NCBI GenBank assembly: GCA_002688925.1
Contig: NZEC01000018.1
Span: 59,131-123,130 of the forward strand
DNA length: 64,000 nt
Direction: 5' to 3'
From: an archaeon
GTDB lineage: Archaea; Nanobdellota; Nanobdellia; Woesearchaeales; GW2011-AR4
A program made the translations under genes and the position numbers. The notes beneath the pieces were generated by a model. The model was not told the DNA's origin, did no database searches, and saw nothing but the letters and a program-made list of their open reading frames with translations. Below are positions 1 to 9,372 of this stretch, piece after piece. How positions within the stretch are numbered: the first letter of the stretch is position 1; every line of letters starts with the position of its first letter.

Positions 1-2165
1 AGCTCTTTTTGCAGCTGGGTGTGTATTATTACCTTGTCCAGATGTATTTTTTTGTTTCTTAAGTCATCCACGACTTTCTTTACATATTCCAGAGCTTTTT
101 TATTGTCCCTATCCCTCAGGATTATATCAAGGACTTTTTCCTGTGCTTCCTTTGCAATTAATGACCAATTTCTCCTAACACTTTCAAATCCCTTTATTTT
201 CAAAAATCCGTCTTCTGACAGCAAAGCGTATTTTTTCTTTGCCCCAAAAGCCCCCATTTTTGCGGATACAAATATTCCGGCAGGGTAAAATCCCTCGAAT
301 TCCAGTTCCATCAGGCCCGGAAGCTCTGAATTTATTTTCTCGGAAAATTTTGTAGCATCTTCCTTTGTTTTCCCGTCAAGAGTCAAAAAAACAGAATCCG
401 TATCGCTATACTGGACTTTAAATCCGTCTTTTTCCGCTTTCCCGATAACTTTAGTGATGTAATATCTTCCAAAAGCAGTTGTTGCCCTCGCGCATTCAAA
501 TGAATACCATCTTGCCCCAAAAAATCCAAGATAGCCGTAAAAGGAATTTGCCAACAATTTTAATGAATTTTGCCTTGCATCAAGTATTGCATGCTCTTCA
601 TCCGAATGATCCCTTGTTATCTCTTTTATTCTTGTTCTTCTTGTGATAAGATCCTCAATTATTGAAGGTATAAACCCTTTCTTTTTGCTACAGAACCACA
701 CCTTGCTGTTGTCTTCCATCGGGGCTAATTTTGCATCTTCCTTGCAGCAACTGCAGTTAATTGTTCCCGGACCTATATTGTGCGAGCCGATAATTGTAGG
801 ATACAGGCTTCTGTAATCAAAAACAACAATATTCTCGTACAAGCCCGGCTTTGGCTCGAATACAAAAGCCCCCTTGTATGTTTTCATCCTTCTTTCCATG
901 ACTTCATTATTATTTGGCTTATTCGGGGCTATCTGGTTGAAATTAGCTGCTTGTTTTAGCAGATACCATTCAACTAACTGTGAAAAGCCCATCCTGTTTG
1001 CATCATAGATTGTAAGCCCTGTAATCTTGACAATCTCGCTGATAGTGGGCATCAGCTTTTCTGCCAGCTTATAGGAAAGCTTTGCATCATTTAGGTTGTA
1101 TTCGCAATACTTGTCAAATTCTTCCTGGTTTTCCCAGGCTTTGGATAATTCGCTTAAGTCCACATCAAATTTCTTTTCATCCAAAAGCTCGGAAGCTACT
1201 GCATTAAGATTATAGGTATCTGTCTCTAAAGTCCCGGAAATTACCTTTCTTATGAACTTAAAGATATCCAGATGAGTTATTCCGATAATCTGGGCAGTTA
1301 CCACCTGTAATTTTTTAATTCTTAACTCTGAATAATCAAGCCCTAAATCCAGTTTAATCTTGTATTTTTCCGCTCTTGACTTTATGTAAGGAAGGTCAAA
1401 GCCATCTGAAAAATAGCCTGTCAGGATGTCTGGCTTATAAGTTTCTATCACTTCCTTGAATTTTTCTAGAAGTTCTGATTCGCTTTCCGCAAATTCCGCA
1501 TACTCAAGATTTGTATTAAATCTCTTCCACACTATCACTTTGTGGAAATCCTCTGCATAAAAAGCTATCATGAGGATTGGATTTTTTTCTGGCTCAATTT
1601 CCTTGTTTCCCGGAGTGTATGTCTCAATATCAACAGAAAGTATCTTTGGCTTAACCAGTGTTTCAGTTCCAAAAGGCTCTATTTTTTCAGCCTGGAATGC
1701 AGGAACTCTCAGTTTTTTATTTGTGAAATTTCCTTCAACCTCATGCAAAGTCAATGGAGTTATGTTATTGTCAATCAAAAATCTTCTCACAAACAAAATA
1801 TCGCTCTCATTTATAGACTCAATGTTAGGATTATTTTTCAGCTCTTCCCTGATGACAGGAATTTCTGAAGGAAATTTAGTGTAGACTTTTAAAGCGTCAA
1901 CATCCTTTCCAAGGTATATTTTTTTAACTGCCTCAACTTTTGTAATAGAAAATTCAGTTTCACTTCTTGTAATCTTTAAGTTTCTTAATTCATCCGCTAT
2001 GGCTGTTCCTGGTTTTGGTATCACATAAAGATAAGGCTCAAACTTATCATAAAGAACGCAAACTTGCTTGTTATCTATTGTTTTCCCGAATAAATGAATT
2101 ACCGGCTTATCATCTATTATCTTATAAATCACATCCATAGGAAAAAACCTAATCTTCTCTGCCAT
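1..2165 (-). CDS. polB: Family B DNA polymerase (archaeal PolB), partial; C-terminus runs off window start
   Basis: Continuous minus-strand reading frame from ATG (cat at 2163-2165) to position 1. Translation contains the polB motif C region ...KVQYSDTDSVFLTLDG... plus upstream ...FYGYLGFFGARWYSFECARATTAFGRYYI... Confidence 0.85.
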   Translation of the reverse strand, partial: MAEKIRFFPMDVIYKIIDDKPVIHLFGKTIDNKQVCVLYDKFEPYLYVIPKPGTAIADELRNLKITRSETEFSITKVEAVKKIYLGKDVDALKVYTKFPSEIPVIREELKNNPNIESINESDILFVRRFLIDNNITPLTLHEVEGNFTNKKLRVPAFQAEKIEPFGTETLVKPKILSVDIETYTPGNKEIEPEKNPILMIAFYAEDFHKVIVWKRFNTNLEYAEFAESESELLEKFKEVIETYKPDILTGYFSDGFDLPYIKSRAEKYKIKLDLGLDYSELRIKKLQVVTAQIIGITHLDIFKFIRKVISGTLETDTYNLNAVASELLDEKKFDVDLSELSKAWENQEEFDKYCEYNLNDAKLSYKLAEKLMPTISEIVKITGLTIYDANRMGFSQLVEWYLLKQAANFNQIAPNKPNNNEVMERRMKTYKGAFVFEPKPGLYENIVVFDYRSLYPTIIGSHNIGPGTINCSCCKEDAKLAPMEDNSKVWFCSKKKGFIPSIIEDLITRRTRIKEITRDHSDEEHAILDARQNSLKLLANSFYGYLGFFGARWYSFECARATTAFGRYYITKVIGKAEKDGFKVQYSDTDSVFLTLDGKTKEDATKFSEKINSELPGLMELEFEGFYPAGIFVSAKMGAFGAKKKYALLSEDGFLKIKGFESVRRNWSLIAKEAQEKVLDIILRDRDNKKALEYVKKVVDDLRNKKIHLDKVIIHTQLQKE

Positions 2166-2311
2166 AGGAAAAGGGATAGTTTTTTGGTATATAAATGTTA
2201 GTGGATTATTGGTGATATTGGTTTAATAAAATTAGATAGTAAAATTTACATTAATTATTTATTTTTTAAATTCTAGATAAATTTATATACAATCAACCCA
2301 CATACTATTTT

Positions 2312-2467
2312 ATGAACCCCAATGAAGAAAACTGGAAAAAAGAATTAGAAAAGTTTAAAGTTGTCCAGAAATGCCCTAAGTGCAGGGAATTAAGCCTAAA
2401 ATATTCAGAAGGAAAAATCAAATGCTCTAATTGTAGTTTTGAGCAGAATATTGGAAGCATTGAATGA
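2312..2467 (+). CDS. Small zinc-ribbon protein (51 aa; CPKC...CSNC)
   Basis: ORF MNPNEENWKKELEKFKVVQKCPKCRELSLKYSEGKIKCSNCSFEQNIGSIE. Sits directly upstream of, and apparently translationally coupled to, the NYN gene (SD aggagg before 2484). Confidence 0.4.
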   Translation: MNPNEENWKKELEKFKVVQKCPKCRELSLKYSEGKIKCSNCSFEQNIGSIE

Positions 2468-2483
2468 GTAAGGAGGAATCTAA

Positions 2484-2999
2484 ATGAGAATAAATAAAGA
2501 GCAAAGAGTTGGAGTCTTTGTGGATGTGCAGAACATGTATTACTCTGCAAAGAATTTGTACAAGGCCAAGGTGAATTTTTCTAATGTGCTAAGGAATGCT
2601 GTAGCAGGAAGAAAGCTTGTCAGGGCAATTGCTTATGTCATTAAAGCGGATATCAAGGAAGAAAAGAATTTTCATGATGCCTTGGAAAAGATTGGCTATG
2701 AAGTAAAATCAAAAGACCTGCAGATATTTCCAGGAGGCGCAAAAAAAGGCGACTGGGACATTGGCATTGCAATGGACACAATTGAACTGGCAGCAAGACT
2801 AGACACTATTGTAATAGTGAGCGGCGATGGAGACTATGTGGACTTATTGCAGCATTTAAAGCGGGCAATGGGCTGCAGAACAGAGGTACTGGCATTTGGG
2901 CCATCAAGCTCTGCAAAATTAAGAGAGGAAGCTGATGAGTTTGTTGATATGGATAAGGATAAGAGCAGGTACCTTATAAAAAATAAATTATCACTTTAG
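2484..2999 (+). CDS. NYN/LabA-like domain protein (PIN-like nuclease fold)
   Basis: Motifs VFVDVQN, DIGIAMD and VSGDGDY are typical of the NYN (LabA/PF01936) family. Strong SD gtaaggagga precedes the start. Confidence 0.7.
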   Translation: MRINKEQRVGVFVDVQNMYYSAKNLYKAKVNFSNVLRNAVAGRKLVRAIAYVIKADIKEEKNFHDALEKIGYEVKSKDLQIFPGGAKKGDWDIGIAMDTIELAARLDTIVIVSGDGDYVDLLQHLKRAMGCRTEVLAFGPSSSAKLREEADEFVDMDKDKSRYLIKNKLSL

Positions 3000-3043
3000 A
3001 GTAGTTATAAACCGAAAGATTTATAAAGAGAAATTACTGAGTA

Positions 3044-3481
3044 TTGACTTTAAACACTAATAAAATGTACCATCGCGATAACTGGGATACAGACAAATTA
3101 GACATACATAGCAATAAGTATGCAGGCCACGATACAGGAAGTTCTGAAAAAGATAAAGATTATCACAAAAATATTGAATATGGGGCAAAGGATGAGGACA
3201 AGATCAAAGATGGTTATAACTCTCATAAAAATGAAGATGATGACAAGAAAAAAAAGGATGATGAAAATAAAAAAAATATTGTTGATACAGTAGAGCAGGA
3301 CAAAAAATACGAGAAAAAGAAGGAAGAAGAGGATGAATTCAAAACTATTTCGCAAAATTTACAGCAAGATCATCATGATGAAAAAAAAGACAAAAATATA
3401 AAAAAGAAAGAGCACAAGACAATTGAGGAAGCGATTGACAAGGCAATAAAGGATGAAAAAGATGTAGTTTTTATGGATTAA
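3044..3481 (+). CDS. Hypothetical highly charged (K/D/E-rich) protein
   Basis: 145-aa ORF with low-complexity lysine/aspartate/glutamate composition. No recognisable domain. Confidence 0.35.
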   Translation: MTLNTNKMYHRDNWDTDKLDIHSNKYAGHDTGSSEKDKDYHKNIEYGAKDEDKIKDGYNSHKNEDDDKKKKDDENKKNIVDTVEQDKKYEKKKEEEDEFKTISQNLQQDHHDEKKDKNIKKKEHKTIEEAIDKAIKDEKDVVFMD

Positions 3482-3482
3482 A

Positions 3483-3974
3483 ATGTATCATAGTGAATAT
3501 ACACCCGGACATGAAGTTCTGAGCAAAAGCAACTACAATATAGATTCGCATGGAAGTATCAGTAACACAACCTCATACTTAGTTACAAATGATTTTCCGG
3601 ATTATGCCCATATGTTTTACAGTCCAACTGAGCACGAAACAATAACATCCATAAAATACGGGAATTTTGAGAAAGGCTATGATAATAATTTAAAGGAAAT
3701 ACAGGAATCTTTAAACGGGCCTCCATTAGAATTTTACATTCCCCAGTCTTTTAATGTAGCTGAAGGTGTTGGAAGGCAGGATAACACTCAAATTGTTCCA
3801 AGAGAAGCAAAAGAAAAGTTGATGGATAATACCAACAAGGAGGCATTGAAAGAAATAGAAAAAGCCCAGAAAGAAATAACAGGAAGACAGGTTATTTTCA
3901 GGGAAACAGAAATTGATGAATTTCTTATGTTAAGGAGAATGATAAGAAAAAGAGAAGTAGTTGTTAAAAAATAA
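3483..3974 (+). CDS. Hypothetical protein
   Basis: 163-aa ORF starting 2 nt after the previous stop. No recognisable motif. Confidence 0.35.
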   Translation: MYHSEYTPGHEVLSKSNYNIDSHGSISNTTSYLVTNDFPDYAHMFYSPTEHETITSIKYGNFEKGYDNNLKEIQESLNGPPLEFYIPQSFNVAEGVGRQDNTQIVPREAKEKLMDNTNKEALKEIEKAQKEITGRQVIFRETEIDEFLMLRRMIRKREVVVKK

Positions 3975-4737
3975 AACAACATATTTAAACTATAAATTCT
4001 TTATTTTAATTATGGAAATTAAAAAACTGCTTTTGCTTATTGTTTCTATATTGATGATACTTCTTATTCCAATAGTAATTTACATTTACAGCTTCAACTC
4101 CATTACCTTTAATACCAATTTCTACAAAAAAGAATTTACAAAATACAATGTCTATGATAATTTAGCAGAATATGATATTGAAAATATCAATAATGATGTT
4201 CTGGATTATTTAAAGAATGAAAAATCCGATAATTTGATTAGAAATAATTTCTTTAACAAAAGGGAAAAATTGCATTTTCTTGATGTAAAAAACCTAATCC
4301 AGAAAACAGTACAAGTATATTACTTTTCCATTGTTTTATTTTTATTATTATTTATAATTCTAATTTTTTTATTGAAATTTAAATTAAAAACCATTGTTAA
4401 AAAAATTTTAATTATAATCGCGATTGGAAGCGCTTTGACTTTAATTGATGCATTTTTATTTTTTCTCCTCGGCAATCTGAACTTTGATTTTGTTTTTGAT
4501 TTGTTCCATAAAACTTTTTTTAGTTTTGGAACTTATACCTTTAATTCGCAATTTGAAAAAATTGTTGTTTTATACCCAGAAAAGTTGTTTTTCGACGCTT
4601 TGCTTAAAATTATTACAAAAACTATTTTATCGTCGATAATTTTATTATTTTTTAGCATTATTTTTATTTTTGCGTTTTCAAAAGGCAATTTTTTCAAATT
4701 TTTCTCAAAATTTCCCGACGGTAAAAATAAAAAATAG
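3961..4737 (+). CDS. Hypothetical polytopic membrane protein
   Basis: 258-aa ORF with several long hydrophobic stretches. Very AT-rich. Confidence 0.4.
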   Translation: MLKNKTTYLNYKFFILIMEIKKLLLLIVSILMILLIPIVIYIYSFNSITFNTNFYKKEFTKYNVYDNLAEYDIENINNDVLDYLKNEKSDNLIRNNFFNKREKLHFLDVKNLIQKTVQVYYFSIVLFLLLFIILIFLLKFKLKTIVKKILIIIAIGSALTLIDAFLFFLLGNLNFDFVFDLFHKTFFSFGTYTFNSQFEKIVVLYPEKLFFDALLKIITKTILSSIILLFFSIIFIFAFSKGNFFKFFSKFPDGKNKK

Positions 4738-4802
4738 AAACCTTTAAATATTACTTTTTAAATAAAAAAGTTATTAAAAAGGGTGAAATACAGATAAAAA
4801 AA

Positions 4803-5225
4803 ATGAGGGAATTCGGTCAGCATTTAACAATTGATGCATCGCTTTGCAACAGAAAAAAGTTGATGGATCAAAGCCTTGTTTACGATATTCTTAATAAGTT
4901 ACCGGGTAAGCTTGGAATGTCTAAGATGATCTTGCCTTATGCAGTCAAGTGGCTTGACCCTGGCGCAACAATCGACGGCATTTCTGGATTTGTAATGATA
5001 GCAGAAAGCCATGTCAGCATACACACATTCCCGGAAAAGGATTATGCATTCATAGACATATTCTCGTGCAAGCCATTCGATGTTAATCGGGCAGCAGAAT
5101 TACTTGTGAATGCTTTTGATGCAAAAAAGTTCACTAAAAAAGTTATCAAAAGAGGTCTTGATTTTCCAAGAACCCATCCGGATTATATATATGAAAAACC
5201 GGAGCAGATAGCTTTAAGCAAATAA
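4803..5225 (+). CDS. speH: Pyruvoyl-dependent decarboxylase of the SpeH/AdoMetDC class 1 family (AdoMet or arginine decarboxylase paralog)
   Basis: Signature ...GFVMIAESHVSIHTFPE...FIDIFSC... matches the self-processing Glu-Ser site and core of archaeal AdoMetDC / crenarchaeal ArgDC. Length is 140 aa. Confidence 0.75.
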   Translation: MREFGQHLTIDASLCNRKKLMDQSLVYDILNKLPGKLGMSKMILPYAVKWLDPGATIDGISGFVMIAESHVSIHTFPEKDYAFIDIFSCKPFDVNRAAELLVNAFDAKKFTKKVIKRGLDFPRTHPDYIYEKPEQIALSK

Positions 5226-5266
5226 ATCAGTTTTTTCTAGAAAATTTTTTATAATCATGAAGAAAT

Positions 5267-6184
5267 TTGTTAAGAATGGATATTATTGATGATATCAAAG
5301 CCAATAAGAAAGAGATAATCAATTGCATAAATAAGCGGGGTTTTGTACGCGAGCATAATTTTTGGTTTTATTGTAATCAGCAGAATAATTACTCAAAAAT
5401 ATTTTTCTTGAAATTTGATAATAATTGCGGTATCTTTGCGATAAGGTATGAAAGCGGAACATGGGAACTGATAGGAGAAGTTATTGCTCCGGAAAAAAAG
5501 AGATTGGAACTATTCAACAATTTCTTAAATTACACTTTAAACAAAAAAAAGGACAAGAAAGCATTTGTTTTTGTCCCTGAAAAATTCCATAACAATGTCA
5601 GCAGTATGCTAAAAAATTCTGACAAGTACAGAATCACAGGCAAGCCAACAGTATACTACACTCCGATTTTCAGCATGAAAAAATGGGATGAAAGCCTAAA
5701 AGGAAAAGAAGGAAAGAAGTTAAGGTATATAAAAAATAAATTCTTAAAATCGCACAATGTTGAAATCATCCCTTCCAAAGAGATAGATGAAAAAAAATTA
5801 AGAGATATTGTAAATAAATGGAGAAAATTAAGGCCAAAGGCCGAAAGGACTTATTACACTGATTTTTACTTAAACTTCATAAAAAATGGTTTTGAAGGGA
5901 CTGATATAGCAAGAACTGTAATTATTGACAATGAACCTTGTACGATAACAGCTGGCTGGAAAATCCCAAACACAAAAAATTACTATTCCGCTATAGGATT
6001 ATACAATTATAAATATGACGGCTTGGGAGAGATAGCAAATATTGATGATTTAAACGAAATAAAAAATAAAAAATATAAATATGCAGATTTTGGAGATTCT
6101 TCTGAATCATTGCTCCAGTTCAAAAAAAAATTCAATCCTGATTACATTTATAAAACATATTGGTTTCATATTGTAAAAAAATGA
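5267..6184 (+). CDS. Uncharacterised protein, paralog 1; FemAB/DUF2156-like aminoacyl-transferase (GNAT-like) fold suspected
   Basis: 305 aa. Shares blocks TITAGWKIPNT(K/N)NYYSAIG, GLGEIANIDDLN and KKLR(Y/N)IKN(K/R)F with the ORF at 7164. The KK.R..KN.F..K..V pattern is reminiscent of MprF C-terminal/FemAB-like families. Confidence 0.45.
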   Translation: MLRMDIIDDIKANKKEIINCINKRGFVREHNFWFYCNQQNNYSKIFFLKFDNNCGIFAIRYESGTWELIGEVIAPEKKRLELFNNFLNYTLNKKKDKKAFVFVPEKFHNNVSSMLKNSDKYRITGKPTVYYTPIFSMKKWDESLKGKEGKKLRYIKNKFLKSHNVEIIPSKEIDEKKLRDIVNKWRKLRPKAERTYYTDFYLNFIKNGFEGTDIARTVIIDNEPCTITAGWKIPNTKNYYSAIGLYNYKYDGLGEIANIDDLNEIKNKKYKYADFGDSSESLLQFKKKFNPDYIYKTYWFHIVKK

Positions 6185-7068
6185 ATAATTACATTAAATA
6201 CCCAAAAAATTTTGCAGAGCTTGAAGATCCTTTGTCTAATTACGATGCTTCTAAAGTCATTATACTTCCAGTGCCGTATGAAAAAACCACTACTTACATA
6301 AAAGGAACTGCAAATGGACCTGGCGCGATTATATACGCATCAAGAAACATGGAGCTTTACGATGAAGAGCTCAATAAGGAAATATGCAAAATAGGAATAT
6401 GCACCTTAAATGAATTGAGAATAGATGAGAAGCCGGAGCTGATGGTGAATATTGTCTATCAAAACGTAAAAAAAATAATCAATGATGATAAATTTATTAT
6501 TACATTGGGCGGAGAGCACTCAATAACTCCCGGAGCAATAAAAGCATTTGCAGAAAAATACGGTGATTTTTCAATTTTACAGCTGGATGCCCACTCTGAC
6601 CTAAGGGAAGAATATGATAATACTAAATTCAGCCATGCCTGCGCAATGAAAAGATGCAGGGATATTATTAAAAATATTGTCCAGGTGGGAATAAGAAGCC
6701 TTGACTATGAAGAAGCGGTTTTGATAAAGAAAAACAAATTCGATATTTTCTGGGCAAAAGATATTTATGATAATGATGAATGGTTTGATGAAGCAATTTC
6801 AAAACTTTCAAAAAATGTTTATATCACTATAGATTTGGATGTATTTGACCCTTCAATCATGCCATCTGTAGGAACTCCTGAGCCCGGAGGTTTAAAATAT
6901 TACCAAATATTAAGATTCTTAAGAAGATTATGCGAAAAAAAGAATGTTTTGGGATTTGATGTCATGGAACTATGCCCCAACAAAGACAATGCCAGCTCTG
7001 ACTTCACTGCTGCAAAAATAGCTTATAAGCTGATTGGGTATGTCTTTGATAAAAGCATTAAAAAATAG
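6181..7068 (+). CDS. speB: Arginase-family hydrolase, agmatinase-like
   Basis: Arginase-fold metal-binding motifs GGEHS, DAHSDL and TIDLDVFDPS. ATGA overlap with the upstream gene (start 6181). Confidence 0.7.
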   Translation: MNNYIKYPKNFAELEDPLSNYDASKVIILPVPYEKTTTYIKGTANGPGAIIYASRNMELYDEELNKEICKIGICTLNELRIDEKPELMVNIVYQNVKKIINDDKFIITLGGEHSITPGAIKAFAEKYGDFSILQLDAHSDLREEYDNTKFSHACAMKRCRDIIKNIVQVGIRSLDYEEAVLIKKNKFDIFWAKDIYDNDEWFDEAISKLSKNVYITIDLDVFDPSIMPSVGTPEPGGLKYYQILRFLRRLCEKKNVLGFDVMELCPNKDNASSDFTAAKIAYKLIGYVFDKSIKK

Positions 7069-7163
7069 TTTTCCGATATTATTTTTTAGATTATTATAAT
7101 TTTAAGAAACCAAAATGATTAAATAATAAGATTATTTCAATCAGTAAAAAAGGTGCCTTTAAA

Positions 7164-8075
7164 TTGAAAGTAATCCATGATATCTCTAAATGCAAAAAAG
7201 AAATAAAAAATTTAATCAAAAAGCACGGCTATTTTGCAGAACATAATTACAATCATTTTTTGTATAACGAAACTTATGATGATAAGAGCGTTTTCTTTGA
7301 TTTTGGAAGGAATAAGGGGGCTTTAGCTAATATAGACAAAAAAAACAGCATATGGAGCCTTTTTCCCAATGGCATTCTTGCAGATGAATCTGAAAGGCTG
7401 GATTTGTTTTTTAAAGCCGCAAACTATATCCTAAAGAAGCAGAAAGCAAAAAAATTTGTGGTCGAAGTCTCCCAGGATATGAGGAAAGGCATTTTGGACA
7501 AATTAAAAATCAGAAACGGCATGCGAGCCTGTAACTACACTTATATCCTTTACTGGCCTATGTACAATATGAATTCCTGGAATCCTAAGCTTAAAGGAAG
7601 TAAAATGAAAAAGCTTAGGAATATAAAGAATAGGTTTTACAAAAAATATAGGGTAAAAGCAAAAGACAGCAAAGATGTTCCGAAAGAAGATCTCAAAAGA
7701 ATTTTATCCGGCTGGCTTAAAAGAAGAAATGCCAATGACGGGGTAGACAAGGAATATTACCTTTCTTTGATTGATAACAATTTTAAGGGCATGGACATGG
7801 CAAAAACAATTTATGTCAATAATAAGCCATTGACAATAACAGCCGGCTGGAAAATTCCAAACACAAATAATTATTATTCCGCAATTGGGATGCTTGACTA
7901 TTCATGCCCTGGCCTGGGGGAAATCGCAAATATAGATGATTTAAACAGGCTGAAAAGAAAAGGATTTGACTATGTGGATTTCGGAGGCTCTGATAAGATT
8001 TTATTGTATTTCAAAAAAAAGTTCAAGCCTGAAAAGATATACAAAACCTATACATTTTCAATTGTAAGAAAATAA
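7164..8075 (+). CDS. Uncharacterised protein, paralog 2 of 5267..6184 (TTG start)
   Basis: 303 aa. Collinear similarity to the 5267 ORF from the N-terminus (VIHDISKCKKEIKNLIKKHGYFAEHNYNHFLY vs DIIDDIKANKKEIINCINKRGFVREHNFWFY) through the C-terminal TITAGWKIPNTNNYYSAIG block. SD aaggtg lies 8 nt upstream of TTG. Confidence 0.45.
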   Translation: MKVIHDISKCKKEIKNLIKKHGYFAEHNYNHFLYNETYDDKSVFFDFGRNKGALANIDKKNSIWSLFPNGILADESERLDLFFKAANYILKKQKAKKFVVEVSQDMRKGILDKLKIRNGMRACNYTYILYWPMYNMNSWNPKLKGSKMKKLRNIKNRFYKKYRVKAKDSKDVPKEDLKRILSGWLKRRNANDGVDKEYYLSLIDNNFKGMDMAKTIYVNNKPLTITAGWKIPNTNNYYSAIGMLDYSCPGLGEIANIDDLNRLKRKGFDYVDFGGSDKILLYFKKKFKPEKIYKTYTFSIVRK

Positions 8076-8081
8076 TTTCCC

Positions 8082-8963
8082 ATGCTTAAATTCAAAACAA
8101 TTACTGATGAAAAAGAATGCAAAAGCCTGTGGAATATCCACACTAAAAAGAAGGTTATCTGGGATTTGTGGGATTTTCGCTCTTGCTTCCATAACAAGGA
8201 TTTCAAGTTTAATTTTATTCTTGGTTTAAATGATAAAAATCAAGTGGGGCTTTTGCCGCTTGTATACCATAAAAAAGAAGATATTTACACTTACTTCGGG
8301 GATACTTTCCCGGAACAGAATAAATTTTTGATAAAAGAAAAAAAATTGCTGCCTGATTTTCTGAAACAATGCCCGGAAGATACAACTATCTACTATATTG
8401 ACAAATCTGAAAAAAAGTTCTATGATTTTGAGCATGGGGAAAAAAGATATTTTCTGAACTTAAGCAGATATGAAAAAGATATTGAAAACTATCTGAAAAC
8501 CTTCTCAAAAAAGCACAGGAAAAATCTCAAGTATGACATAAAAAAATTAATTGAAAATGGATTTAAAGCTGTAATAAACAAAAAAGAAGATTTTGATAAA
8601 TTAGTTTCTTTTAACAAAAAAAAATTCGGCAAAGAATCAGATTATTCTGACCCTAATTTTGTAAAAAGCATGAAAAAGCTTCTTGAAGCAGCAGAAAAAA
8701 TGCAGCTGCTTCACATTATAAGCCTAGATTTAAATGGAGCTGCAGAAGCTGTTGGCCTGGGATTGACATTCAATAAAGTGTATTATGTTATTGGGAGCGG
8801 AAGAAATCCTGAAATAAAAAACTCAGGAAAATTGCTCATCTTTGAGCAGATTAAGCATGCTCTGAATCTTAACTGTAATGAGATAGACTTTCTCTCTGCA
8901 GAAGCAGGATGGAAAGAACTCTGGAACCTTGAATCAGAGCAGATGTATGAGTTCTATAAGTGA
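8082..8963 (+). CDS. GNAT-fold FemAB/CelD-like (Acetyltransf_6-like) protein
   Basis: 293 aa. The SKKHRKNLKYDIKKLIENGFKAV block resembles the sKKfRknlrra..k.e..G motif of BioF2/CelD/FemAB-like acyl/aminoacyl transferases. Confidence 0.45.
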   Translation: MLKFKTITDEKECKSLWNIHTKKKVIWDLWDFRSCFHNKDFKFNFILGLNDKNQVGLLPLVYHKKEDIYTYFGDTFPEQNKFLIKEKKLLPDFLKQCPEDTTIYYIDKSEKKFYDFEHGEKRYFLNLSRYEKDIENYLKTFSKKHRKNLKYDIKKLIENGFKAVINKKEDFDKLVSFNKKKFGKESDYSDPNFVKSMKKLLEAAEKMQLLHIISLDLNGAAEAVGLGLTFNKVYYVIGSGRNPEIKNSGKLLIFEQIKHALNLNCNEIDFLSAEAGWKELWNLESEQMYEFYK

Positions 8964-8965
8964 TT

Positions 8966-9124
8966 TTATTTCTGCTTTGGGCCTAATAAGCCGGAAATCT
9001 CGCTAAATGCTGCATTCACATCCCAACTATTTTTAATTAAGAAAATTAATAAGATTAAAACAAATACAAAAATAACCAGCTTGATTATCTTAGTCACAAA
9101 TGCCTTCTTGGACATCTTTTCCAT
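8966..9124 (-). CDS. Possible small membrane protein (52 aa)
   Basis: ORF MEKMSKKAFVTKIIKLVIFVFVLILLIFLIKNSWDVNAAFSEISGLLGPKQK with a single TM helix. No other support. Confidence 0.25.
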   Translation of the reverse strand: MEKMSKKAFVTKIIKLVIFVFVLILLIFLIKNSWDVNAAFSEISGLLGPKQK

Positions 9125-9372
9125 ATAATCTTATTTTCCTGCTAAGTTTATAAATTTTATTGAAAATGGGTTTTTATCACTCTATATAGATAAAAAGCGA
9201 TAGGTTTATAAATTAATTTTGGTTACTAAGGTAGTCTTTAATGGGGGAATCAATAAAAAATGGCAATAATAAATACAAAAAAGTACTTTTAAGCTAATTA
9301 ATTTATTATAACAAATTATCTTAATAAGATTATTTTTTTCTTTTCAAAAAAATGTGGTGAAAAATATAAACA

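Noticed and set aside
3098-3355. 85-aa minus-strand hydrophobic ORF
   Set aside because: Antisense to the K/D/E-rich gene. The poly-A/T-driven frame is likely spurious.
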